A stretch of 64,000 bases of DNA from Hemiscyllium ocellatum. Taxonomy: Eukaryota. The stretch spans positions 124,001 to 188,000 of the forward strand of contig NW_026869259.1 of the NCBI RefSeq assembly GCF_020745735.1, written 5' to 3'. The notes beneath the pieces are model-generated. The model ran no database searches, was not told where the DNA came from, and was given only the letters and a program-made list of their open reading frames with translations. Positions 37,426 to 49,869 of this stretch are shown piece by piece. A program made the position numbers and the translations under genes. Position 1 is the stretch's first letter. Each line of letters begins with the position of its first letter.

Positions 37426-39319
37426 TGTTCTTTGGTCCCTGCTGTTGAATTGGATTCTCGGGAGCCAGCTCCGTATGAAGAGCCTGTTCTCATTCTTTTG
37501 TTGGAGTTCATGGGGCAGCTGCTGCTTCCTTGTTACGTCACTGATCAAACCAACAATGGGGAAAGCCTCTTGATATTTTAAATTCACTGTCTGCAGGAAA
37601 ATGTTTGACCGAGGTTTTAATATTGTTTAATAAGATAATGACGTCAATACACCAGTGTTGTTTACGGCTGGGAACATTTAACATCATAGTCTTCGTTTCA
37701 AACGGACTCTCACTCATGATAATACAGTTTTCAATGTTTCTCTCCCCGACGTGTTGTGAAGAAGTTTTTAAACATGTTTTGCTGAGGACAGTGCATCTTA
37801 GCACCGTGTGATGGAGTGGGTGTCTGTTTGAATTCTCACTTGTGATAATACAGTTTTAAATGTGTCAGTGTTACTTTCCCCACTCTCTGGGGGGAGTCGT
37901 TGTCACTGTCTGCACTCACCCTTCACTCTCGGGGTGATACCATTTTTAGCATCCTTTCTGTCTGAGAATGTCCCTGTTCTTGTCCCCCTCTCTCAGGGAT
38001 GGGGTGGGTGTTTCACATGCACCTGGTATGTTAGTTCCATTTACTCTCTTGTGAAATGGATAATTCCTGTTTTACTCTGGTAACAGTGAGTTAAAGCCCG
38101 GCACCGTTCACCCTTCATCTCCATCATATCTCAGGGCCTAATGTTGGTCAGTACTGTCTGGGCCCAGAACAATCCCACCACTTCCTGCAGTTTTCCTTCT
38201 TTCCTATCTTTACTGAACACCTTGTATCCAGGAATCCCCAGTCCCGCCCGAACTCTGTTAGAGCCACAGCATCTGATTCCCACTTGGCAATCTGCATCTG
38301 TAACTCCCCAATACTGTATTATTGACCCATTTCAGTCTGTTTCCCATCAGTCAGGGTCCTTAATTGGCAAAGGCTGCATTTAACGAATCTCAATGATTGT
38401 GGAGACCTGGTGAGGTTGGGAAAAATCAGAAGGATCAGTTTTCCCATTTGGATTATGTACAGGGTCCGGGACGCAACAACCGGTACCCGGGACTCCAGGG
38501 GGCCCGTTGTGCTCGGGTCTGGGACTGAGGAGCAAGAGCGGGGCCTGTAATCTCTGATCTCTGTCCCTGATTTGTGGGTCCTCTCTGATGGAGACCATTG
38601 TCAAATCCATTGTCAAGATCGCCACCTCTTGGCCTGGAGAAGCAAGAACATGCAGTGCTCGTGGGAATAATCTGAATGTGATCAGAGGACAAGATCCAAA
38701 ATCATCCGACACCAGATTTATTAGAACAACAGGTTTATTAAAACCATACTCTTTCAGAGTCTCGCCCTTTCTTCAGGTGATCAGAGGAACAAGCAAGGTG
38801 AATTTAATCAAGAGGAAAACAAACTCTGCTATTCATTTCCTTCTCGGTTGACTCCATTCTCCTCAATGACATGAACACAAGGCAGGAATAAAGAATATAA
38901 GGACACCACCAGTGACCTCCTGAATTTCATAAGAAACCTCACCCAGCACTTTGATGAAAAGTAGGAGTATGTGAACAATACTTAGTGACAATATTTTCCT
39001 GCTTTTTCAGTTTTTAGCATCGATTCAAAGCAGAAAGAGTCTTTCTTTCTCCTTCCCTCCTTGAAACTCTTACTGAGATGATCAAACCCAGCCACAGTTC
39101 ATGTGACGGGCTGAGGAATTGTCTAATGGTTGAGAGAGGGGACTGGGTCAGGATTACCTAGAATTCAGAAGGCTGGGATGAGATTTCACTGAATCATTTC
39201 AAATTCTCCAGGGCCCTGACAAGGTAGATTTTGGAAGGATGTGCCCCTACCTGGGGATTCTAAAGCAGAGTCCCAGTCTGGGAATAAGGGGTTAGACATT
39301 TTGATCAGATTTGAATAAT

Positions 39320-41320
39320 GGGTGGCACATTGGCTGGCGTCACTACCTCACAGCGCTAGGGTCCTGGGTTTGATTCCACCTTCAGGCAACTGTCTGCGTT
39401 GAAGTTGCATGTTCTCCCTGTGTCTGCATGGGTTTCCTCTGGGTGCCTCAGTTTCCTCTCTCAGTCCAGAGAAGTGCAGGTTAGTTGGATTGGCCATGGA
39501 AGTGTCGGGTTAGGAGAGAGGGCTGGTTCTGGGTGAAATGCTGCTTGCACTTGATGGGCTGAATGGCCTTCTTCCACACAGGAGGGATTCTACGTTGCTG
39601 TGGGTCTGGAGTCATATGTCAGTCAGTATGGGCAAGGACAGCAATCTGTTGGAGGTTCTCCCCCAACAACGGTCGTCATTAGACTCTTAACTCCAGAGTC
39701 TTTTTGAATTTAAAATTCCACTCCATGCATTGCCAGGATTTAGATTAGATTCCCTCCAGTATGTAAACAGGCCCTTCAGTCCAATAAGTCCACACCGACC
39801 CTCTGAAGAGTAACCCACCCAGACGCATTCCCCATATTCACCCCTGACTATGGGCAATTTAGCGTGACCAATTCACCTAACCTGCACATCTTTGGATTGT
39901 GGGAGGAGACCGGAGCACCCGGAGGAAACCCATGCAGACACAGGGAGAATGTGCAAACTCCATAAAAGGCAGACACCCGACGCTAAAGTTGAACGTGGGA
40001 TTCTGGTGCTGTGAGGCAGCAGTGCTAACCATTGTACCACCGTGCTGCCCCACGGTGATCCCAGATCCCTCAGAACATTACTTGGCACTTGTGATTAAGA
40101 ATCTAGTGATGATACCATGAACTCACTGCCTCCACACATGTGTATTATCTCTATCTTGAATTTATTCAAACGCCTAAGTATTGATGAGTATCCCAAAGAT
40201 TCAAAACCCTCTGAGTGAAGAAATTCATAGCATCCCTACAATGTGGAAATAGGCCAATCAGCCCAAACTGCTTCTCCAAAGAACATCTCACCCAGACCCA
40301 CTCCCCTATAACCTTGTATTTCCCAATGCCATTCCACCTAACCATCATGTTTGTGGACTGTGGGAGGGAACCAGATCACCGGGAGGGAATCCAGGCAGAC
40401 ACAGGGAGAACGTGCAAACTCCACACAGTCAGTTGCCCGAGGGTGGAATTAAACATTGGTCCCAGTGCTGTGCCACCCCACTTGATTCTGGGCAATGAAT
40501 GCTAACATAGCAAGTGATGCGCAATCCAGTAAATGAATTAAGAAAAGATCAGTTAAGTTCTGGATAGGACTGTAATGGGTTACTCCCCACTTGCCTGGAT
40601 GGATGCAGCTCCTAAAACAATCAAGAAGCTTGATATCTTCCAGTACAAAGCAGCCTGCTTGATTGGCACCACACGGATAAACATACACTCCCTCCACCAC
40701 TGATGCTCAGTAACAGCCGTGTGCACCATCTACAAGATGCACTGCGGGAATTCACACCAAGTCTCTTGAGACAGCACCTTCCAATCCCACATCGTTTCCA
40801 TGTAGAAGGACACAAAACACTACCAAAAACAGGTTCCCCTCCAATCCACATAGAATCTTGATTTGAAAATATATTACTGTTCCTCCAGTGTTGCTGGAAT
40901 AAAATCCTGAAATTCCCCCCCGAAGAGCATTGAGGGTTTATCTACAGCACATGGACTGCAGTGGTTCAAGAAGACAGCTCACCACCACCTTGCAAAAGGC
41001 AGAATTGTGGCTCAGTGGTCAGTGCTGCTACCTCACAGCACCAGGGACCTGGGTTCAATTTCACCCTGGGACGACTGTCTGTGTAGAGGTTGCACATTTT
41101 CCCCATGTCTGTGTGGGCTTCTTCCATACAGTCCATAGATGTGTTGGTTAGGAGGATTAGCCATGCCAAATTGCACATAGTATCGAGGGATGTGTTGGCT
41201 GGGTGGGTTGGCCGTGGGAAAAGCAGCAGTACAGGAATGGGGTAAGTCCAGATGGGATGCTGTTCGTTGGGTTGGTATGAATTGGATGGGCTGAATGGCC
41301 TGCTTCTACACTGTATGATG
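39320..41320. mobile_element. Cluster of four HE1-type SINEs (about 39320-39595 +, 39740-40050 -, 40230-40470 -, 41005-41320 +) around a LINE fragment (about 40500-41000)
   Basis: Repeated SINE body gtttgcacattctccc...ggtttcctcc; the LINE piece resembles 28640-28990. Confidence 0.75.
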
Positions 41321-44300
41321 ATTCCATGATTCACAAGGGCAACACAGAATGTGTTGTAAATGCTGGCCTAGACTGCAATACCCATGTCCTCAGAGTGAGT
41401 TTTAAACAAAAAGACCGTCTGCACTGCTTACTATTCCATCAGTCTTTGTATCAATGTGGAACTATGATTCTCGTTAATACATACAGTAAGTAGTTAAGGC
41501 CTCACCACAGAATCCTTGTGGAACACCACTCGTCACTTTCTTTCTCTGTTATTTATCACTAAACCAACCTCCAAACCAAGCCAAACATTCATTTTCAATC
41601 CCATGGGTTTTAACTTTAGTCAGCAGACTGTTTAGTGGAAAATTATTAAGTACTTCTGAAAGTTGATAAGACTATATGCCCATTCAACTAATTTAGTTCA
41701 TGCATTTGGTTCATTTGTCAGAACCTAACCGTCACAAATCTATGTGGGCTATTTGTAATTCTCTACGTATTCATTCTCTCAGTTATTAATGATAGATTCC
41801 AATGAAACCCTCAAAAGAGATGTCAGATTGACCAGGATATAATTTTCTCGGTTCCCTCTCTCATCTTTCTTGAACCCGTGGAGTTACAGCAGGACATTTT
41901 CCAAAATAAAGGAATGTTTGCTGCTTTGGAACCTGATGGGAAAAGCTTCTGAAAATTCTTCCGCACCCCACCCCATCTCACCTCCCCCCCCCCCCAACCT
42001 TCCTTTAAGCCTCTGAGGTCCTGGAGATCTGTCAGCATTTAGAGGTGCTCACTCTCCAATGCTGTTTTCTGGCACATATCAAGTTTCATGAAGTCCAGTC
42101 TTCAATTCATTACTAACGTCCCTGGAATGGAAGCTGCATTATCCCGTTCCTTGACTGTGAAGACTGACTCAACGAATTATTGTACATATCAGCCAATCCC
42201 TTAGTCTCATTCATGGAATTCCCAGTTTGTTTTTAAAGGGCTCACATTGCACTGGAGCCCCCTTGATTTTCTAATTTTCCTGTAAAATATTTGTGTTATT
42301 CTTGTGACCCCTTGCAGGTCTCTTTCTCCATCACTTTCTGTAACTCTTGCTTCCTTTTTGTCTTCCTTTGCAGTTCTTCATATCTTCCTTCAGTTGCCTG
42401 AATTCTCACTGATATTCCCACATTCGAGTGTTCTCACCTTTCGTTTTCTGTTTTATCCACTTATTTTGTCAGCGACGATGTATAAACAAGTGGAGACCTG
42501 TTCCATACTGAGCTGAATACATCTTTAACCATCTCCCCATCTCATTGGGAGTCTGATCTGACAATTTTGGCTGACACCAATCTCTATTGCATTCAGATAA
42601 TGTTCCATCCTTTCAGTCATCAAGAATCTATCTAACTCTGCCTTAAAAATATCTAAAGATTCTGCATCCACTGCCTTTTAAGAAAGGGAATTCCAAAGAC
42701 TGACAACTCTGAGAGGAAAAACATGTTTCTGCATCTCTGTTTTGAATGGACTCTCCCTTAATTTTAAACTGTGATCCCTAGTTCTGGATTCTCCCACAAG
42801 AGGAAACATCCTTTCCACATCCACCCGGTCAAGGCCCCTCAGGATCTTGCATGTTGCAATGAAGCCTTGCATTCAGTTTCCCCTCACAACACACCAGAAT
42901 GTTCTATGAGCTTTCCTGATGACTTGTTGTACCTACACCCTAACCTTCTGTGATTAATGCACAGAGATCCAGATATGGTTCCGGGGTCACAGTCTCAAAT
43001 CCCACCGTGGCAGATGGGGGAATTTGAAATCAATTTTAAAAATCTGCAATTAGGAGCCTAATGATGACCATGAATCCATGTCGATTGTCAGGAAAACCCA
43101 TCTGGTTCACTCATGTCCTTTAGGGAAGGAACTGCCGTCCTGACCTGGCCTACATGGGAATCCAATCCTACAGCAATGTGGATGACTGTTAACTGCCCTC
43201 TGGGGCAATTAGGGGTGGGTAATAAATGCTGTCCTAGTCAGTGATGCCCTCATTCTGTGAATGAATTAAAAAGAAAATTCTGTCTATAAACAATCAACAT
43301 AAAGTTTAAAGTCATTTGTAATTAATGAGCAGCCTTTGTTACAGACCCTCATTATCTCCTGATTTATTCTCTTTCCCACCATAAAGCTACTGTTAGGAAG
43401 CATGGAGACTATTCCCACCAGATCTTGGATCTCTTCCCTATTTGTGCTGCTTTCCAGAACACAAGCATCTTCCTGCTCCAGCCTCCATTCCTCACCCTCA
43501 CACTGTTCTCCCTCTCTCCACTCCTGACCTCTCACACTGTTCTGCAGCCTCCGCTCCTCACCCAGACCTGTTTAAGACCAGGGGTCATAAGATTAAGATG
43601 AAAGTATTTTTTGACCCAGTGTGTGGTAGCTACGTGGAACATGCTGCCTGAGAGGGTGGTGCAGCCTGAAAATCTCACAACCTTTAAAATACATTTGGAT
43701 GAGCGCTTTTGATGCCAGTGTATAGGAGGCTCCAGACAACTGCGGATAAATGGGATTAATGTAGTTGAGTGTTTGTTGGTTAGCATTGACATGGTGGGCT
43801 GAAGGGTCTATTTCTGTGCTGTATGACTCTCGAAACTGGCTCCCTGGCTCTGTGAGGCAGTAGTGTTATGTCGTCCATATTTTTATGGAGGCACACAACA
43901 AAATCAGCACAAGGGACGATAAGAATTCAGCTCTTCCAGTCTTTGAAAACCTCACCATCACATCACCCAATTAGTAAATTAAAACAAGCAATGGGTGACA
44001 AGCACAGCTCCCGCCAGGGTTGGGGGGGTGGGGGGTGACGTGGGTGGGAAGTGTTGGTGGGGAGGTGTGGTCACTGGTCAAATAACAAAGACATAACAAG
44101 AGAGGGAGTGGGCCCAATTAAAATGGAAGGGGAGTGGTGTGGGTGGAATCTGTGAATGGATACTTACCCATCTGACAGAGTGACCTCCATCTGGCAATCT
44201 ATTTTACGCTCCATAGAAACATAGAGGATAGGAGCAGGAGTAGGCCATTCAGCCCCTTCAGCCTGCTCTGCCATTCAAAGTTATTGTGGCTGATCATTGA

Positions 44301-45547
44301 GCACTACACTGTAATTCCGCTCTACTCCCATATGCCTTGATTCTATAGCCACAAGAGCTATCTCTACCTCCTTCTTGAAAACATAATGTTTTGGCCTCAA
44401 ACACTTTCTGTGACATAGAATTCCACAGGCTCACCACTCTCTGGGTGAAGACATTTTTCATCGTCTCTGTCCGAAAGGGTATACCCCTCAACCTTAAACT
44501 ATGAGCCCTGGTGCTGAACTTCACACCATTGGGAACATCCAAACTCCATTTGTCTTGTCTGGTTCCAATTTTATAGCTTTCTCCAAGATTCCCTTCCTTC
44601 ATTCTTCTCAATACCAGTGAAAACAATCCTTACCACCTCAACCTCTCGTTATACGTCAGGCCTGCCATCACAGAAATCAAATGGGATTCAGTAATTAATA
44701 TTAATCAGCTCATTGTGGAACACAGACTTTGAAGGTCAGGGTTTGAAGATAATCATTGCCAATTCTGAAATTCAGGTTTCTGTTGCAGTAATCTCAATGG
44801 AATTATTGGATACAACAGCAGAAATATGGGAGGTGTAAATGGAGAGTGCAGACAGTGGCTGTGGATGCTGGGTGCAGATAGTAAGTGTCGACAGTGGTGT
44901 AGATGGTAGTGTAGACATGAGCAAGGCTTTGCGTGGTGACCAGACAAGTGGCTGTGTGTAATCACACGAAGAGCAGCCAGTGAGCCTGACACAGTCAGGG
45001 ACAGCAAGGTCACATTGCTGCTTGCGAAGGTCACATTTCATCTGAAACTGCACTCCCTCATGACACACTCCCCTCTTGTCCCCACATGCCTCATTACAAC
45101 TCCTGGAGATGCCAGCCAACACCCTGTGCCCTCGCTCAGTCTCCATTGGCCTTGCCTCCATTAGCCTTGACCTTCCTTCCAAGCACCTAGTTGGGCCTTC
45201 ACTGAAGCTTGAGCCATTTCCTCTGACACTTGATGATGAGTTTGCCATCTTGGAACAGCCTAACCTAGTCACCATTAACTTGCCCTGTCCTCTCAGCATG
45301 GAGCATAAATGGATACAGAGCAGAAAAGGCCCTTTGGCTCATTGAGTCTGCACCAACAAAGCTACCACAAAAGGCACTCTAATCCCAACTTCCTGCACTT
45401 GGCCCAGATCCTTGAATGTTATTCTATTTAAAGATTGTGAGGTTTCCACCCTCCACTACCTTCCCTGGCACAGGGTTGTGTGTTTATAGTTTATATCACC
45501 TCAGGCTCACGGAGATTAACAAAAGCTCAACTTTTTGGGCTTTTTTA

Positions 45548-45730
45548 ATGGGTGGCAAGGTAGCTCAGTGGTTAGCACTGCTGCCTCACAGCACTAGGGA
45601 CCCGGGTCAATTCCAGCCCCAGGTGACTGCTTCTGTACAGTTTGCACATTCTCCCTGTGTCTGTGTGGGTTTCCGAACATGTGCAGGTTAGGTAAATTGG
45701 TCATGCTAAAATTGCCCATTGTGTTCAGGA
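45548..45730 (+). mobile_element. HE1-type SINE (5' part)
   Basis: gggtggcaaggtagctcagtggttagcactgctgcctcacagc head. Confidence 0.75.
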
Positions 45731-46169
45731 ATGTGTGAGTTTGGGCCTCTTGGAGCTGCAAGAGTTTAACCTCCCTCCCTCAGACAGCTCCACTTCCTGG
45801 AAGGTAATATTGCTGCATTTAATTTAGGGCTAATAGACCATTGAAATATGACTATGGCTCACCAGCATTAACTGGGCAGGCAGCCATTACTGCAATGACC
45901 CTGGCTCCAGAAAATCCCCTTGTAATCGGGGAACACATTAGGGAACACAGTGTGCACTGACTCTGAAGTCCCTCCCTTATTGAGAATACACTCTCAGTAT
46001 TCACCTTTCTCAGCTACCATCTCAATTTCACGGTAAATTCTGTAAACTATGATCCTGCCCTGCTAGCTACCAGATGAAGGACCAGCACTCTGAAAGCTTG
46101 TACTTCCAAATAAACCTATTGGACTCTAACCTGGTGTTGTGTGATTTTTAACTTTGACCATCTCACTGA

Positions 46170-46990
46170 GGTGCCATCTCAGACTGAATTGTTTTTCATC
46201 TGAGATTTGAGAAGATTAAAGCCTTATCTTCAATCCCCATCACAAAGCCCATTCTCTATCCACCGCTAAGAGACAAATACCTCAGAGACACCTACAGGCA
46301 TCACAGAGTTGCATACTCACACTCAGTGGGATACTGACAGGCAGTACAGAATAACACACCCACTCAGAGAGACACCTACAGGCATCACAGAGTAACACAT
46401 TCACACTCAGTGAGATATCGATGATCAGAACAGAATAACACACACACTGAGAGAGCCAGACAGCACTGAGTAACATGCTCACACTCCATGCTGCCTGTAG
46501 GTGTCTCTCTGAGCGTGAGCAGGTTACACAGTTCTGCCAGTCAGTGTCTCTCCTCAGGCAGCTGGGGAAATTTGGCCATCTCAATGAGCTGCCATCTCAG
46601 ACTGAATCAGCTGAACTGTTTTTCATTCATGATATGAGAAAATTAAAGCCTAATCTTTAATCTCCAGCACAAAGCCCCATTCTGTATCCACCGTGAAGAG
46701 ACAAATACCTCAGAGAGACACTGACAGGCTGCATTAAGTAACACACACAGTCAGAGAGACTGGCAGTACTGTGTAAAATGCTCACATTCCATGCTGCCTG
46801 TAGGTGTGTCTCTGAGCATGAGCATGTTACTCAGTGCTGCCTGGAGGTGTCTCTCTTAATGTGGGTGTGTTACTCAGTGCTTAGTGTTGGTATCTGTCTG
46901 TGTAATACACACACACACACATACTCATACCTCAGAGAGACATGTACAAGCAGCATTAAGTAATACACTCACACTTACAGAAACACACAG
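46170..46990. repeat. Local ~420-bp tandem duplication in the C3 3' flank
   Basis: gccatctcagactgaat...aaagcc...attct...tatccacc...gagacaaatacctcagag occurs at about 46172 and about 46592; single copy at about 5920-6035 in the C1 unit. Confidence 0.75.
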
Positions 46991-47069
46991 CCTGCAGTAT
47001 CTGTGATAGGCTGAACATCATTTCAGGTGCTATCAGGCATACAACAGAGAGTGCACAGTGCGATCCCAC

Positions 47070-47300
47070 CAGCTGTGTCTGGACCAACAGAGTGAGGAGG
47101 GAATGCCTCAGATTGTAATTATTGAGTCCCAACAGCCTTCGGTTTCTGTACTGTTTGCAACCTTGACAGAATCCAGATCAAATGGATCATTTAAAAGTGA
47201 TTGCTGATTGGCTGTCAGTATCACCTACAACAGACATGGAATTGATTGACAGGCAATGTAGCCAATTGTGACAATGACCTGCTGAAATGCAGCCAATCAG
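47070..47300. promoter_or_regulatory. Candidate regulatory module 3' of C3
   Basis: CCAAT at 47262 and 47293 (31 bp apart); TGATTGGCTG 47205-47214; exact TGATTGACAG 47243-47252; GAAACCGAAG on - at 47137-47146; CAGCTG 47070-47075. Confidence 0.5.
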
Positions 47301-48165
47301 CTCAGGGCAGCAGTCCATTTCCAATGTACACAGCCCTCCCCTTCACTGTTTGATCATGTAGCATTGCCCTCTAAGAAGGACACTGCTTGTCACTGGCCAA
47401 TTGGGTGTTTCCTTTCTTTCTGGTAGTGGAAATTGAATAAAGATTTGTACACCTTGTGTCTTTCACTGCGTCCCACACCTGCATACACACAACATGGGTG
47501 CTGGGGAAAGTATACGCAGTACGACAGTTAGGCGATGGTGTGGGGGTGTTATAAAGTAAAAGAACAGGAGTGTCAGATATCCTCTTACTTAAAAAAAATC
47601 CAAAGTACACTGAGACTGAATCTTCTTTATCGTTATTCCCCTTTTCCAGATTGACATTGACAGAAAACAGTCAGCAATTAACAGCCCAGACAGAGGAAGC
47701 TGCACAAATTCACAGCCACAATGGAGCTTGAGGAAAACACTTGTGGAGATTTTCTCAACAACATGAGAATCCTGTCCCTATAAACAGTGACAAAACCTTA
47801 AATTGGAACTGGCGGCTGAGCAGGAAGGAGATCTGGTTTACTGAAGCAGAGACTTCTGAGGTTCACATTGTTTTTGTACAGCTGACAGTCTTCAGCATCT
47901 TTGGAAGTTTTTACTTGGCATCGCAACACAACACTGTTCCCAACATACACTCCCAGGACAAGGACAACATGAGGTTTGACACAGCATGAAACTCTCTCTA
48001 AACTGTCCCAATAACCTGCCTTAACTCCTGAACCTCAGAAGTGACTCTGAGCCAGTCCTGAGAAGGAAGAGAGTTGAAATTCAGTGCTGACAATGACCTT
48101 TGTCCTGCCAGCTCAGCCCGGTTCTATTTAAAGTTGTGTCTCCTCTGTGGACTGTCTCCAACACT

Positions 48166-48504
48166 CTACACACATTCAGATCTCATGATGCTCTTGCTGA
48201 GGGGAGAGGTGAGGGTCACGTGGGTGAGAGCACAGGAGAAACGAGCGTTGGACTCCCAGTCAGACCCAGAGAGGGTCAGCAGGCTGCTGACACTGTAGGT
48301 GCTGTCCAAAGCTCGCAGGTAGTTGCTGGTCTGAACCCTGTACGAAATGACGGCACCGTCCTTCTTCCACTGCACCTCCAGCTCATCGGGATAGAAATGG
48401 TTGGCAAGGCACACCAGGGTGGCAGTGCCCTTGGCATTGACCTGTTCCTGGGGGGGGGGGAGGTGGGGGGGCAGCAGGGTCAGCTTGGGCTGGGTTGTCA
48501 AAAC
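48166..48504 (-). pseudogene. IGKC: Kappa C exon C3 of the V-J-C cluster, out of frame as assembled
   Basis: Acceptor at 48505-48506. A 2-nt loss after GACAAC plus a 12-nt gain in the Pro-coding C-run (G11 at 48450-48460, G7 at 48465-48471) gives net +10 and a premature TGA. The remainder reads ...EQVNAKGTATLVC...KSIMRSECV*. Confidence 0.85.
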
Positions 48505-49869
48505 CTGAAAGACAAGAGAAACAATTGTAATCCCTTCAAATTTTAATTCAAAGGGGTTTCAACTCTTCGAACATTAACTGGCAAAACAATCCATTTGAAC
48601 ATTTGTAGTCAATACCTAACAAACCAGACAAAAGAACAGGCATTGTTCAAATTGCTTCTTGGGATGTGAATGACACTGGCAGGGCCAGTGTTTATTGCCC
48701 ATCCCTAATTGCCCCTGAGAAGGTGATGGTGACGCATCAGAGAGAGAAGGGACAGTTTTAGACCATTGTTTATAGAATGACTGTGGGCAGCTGGAAGGGT
48801 TATCACTGGGGGACTATTTCAGTGATCGTGATCAGAAATTAGTGACATTGAGCTTAGGGATGGAAATGGAGAACCATGGAGCCTGGGTAAGAGTTTTCAT
48901 TTGGAAATGAACCATTTTACTAAATTGTGCGGTGATTTGGTAAAGGTGGACTGGCAACAGCGACTGGACGGGAACTCAGTGTCAGGGCAGTGGGAGCCCT
49001 TGAAGGACGAGACAGAGATCATTCAGAATCTGTTCCCACAAAGGGTGAGGGTGGGGATGTACAAATCTAGACTCTCAGTCCGGGATGTGTCAAAACAGGC
49101 AGAGTAGGTCAGACCAAACAGGGAAGGTGATGTTGGTTATCTCGTGTTCAATCCTGCAGAAAGCTGAGAGAAGGATAGAAAATGCAGGAGTGAAATTGAA
49201 CAAGACCAGAGGAAGGCAAAGAGCTGACAGGATGAAATGGAATAATAGAATTTACAGTACAAAAGGAGGCTATTCAACCCATCATGTCTGTCCTGGTTCT
49301 AGAAAGAGCTGTCCAGCCAGCCCCACTCTCCAGTCTGATCTCTGTTGCCCTCTAACTTCATCAATTTCAAATATACACGTTGAAACCTCCAACAGAATCC
49401 ACCTCCACCATCCTGTCAGGCAGCAGTTTCCAAATCCTAACAACTCTCTTCGTAAAGACATTCCTCCTCACCTCACTCCTGGCTGTCCTGCTGACAATCT
49501 TGAAATTGTTACCCAAAATTACAGACATACCAACTCATGGAAACAGAATATCCTCCTTAACACTGTCAAAAATTGTTCAAAACAGTGAACAACTCTATAA
49601 GATCACCTCTTAATCTTCTCTGCTCAGAGCAGAATAAGCCCAATCTCTCTAATCTTTCCTTGTATTGACAATCCTTCATTCCTGGTATCATTCCAATAAA
49701 ACTCCTTTGAACTCTCTCCAGGGTTTTAATATTGTTCTTTAAATAAGGTGCTCAGAACTGAACACAATCCTCCAAGTATGGTCTAATCAGTGATTTATAG
49801 AGGTGGAGCATCAGTTCCTTGCTTTTATACTTTATTCTCTATTTTAAAACCCACAGATCCTGTAAGCTT

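Noticed and set aside
38380-38712. 110-aa ORF with a GVPG motif as a second V segment
   Set aside because: No Cys/Trp framework, YYC or RSS; adjoins a CR1 endonuclease remnant (GIPGYKVFSKDRK).
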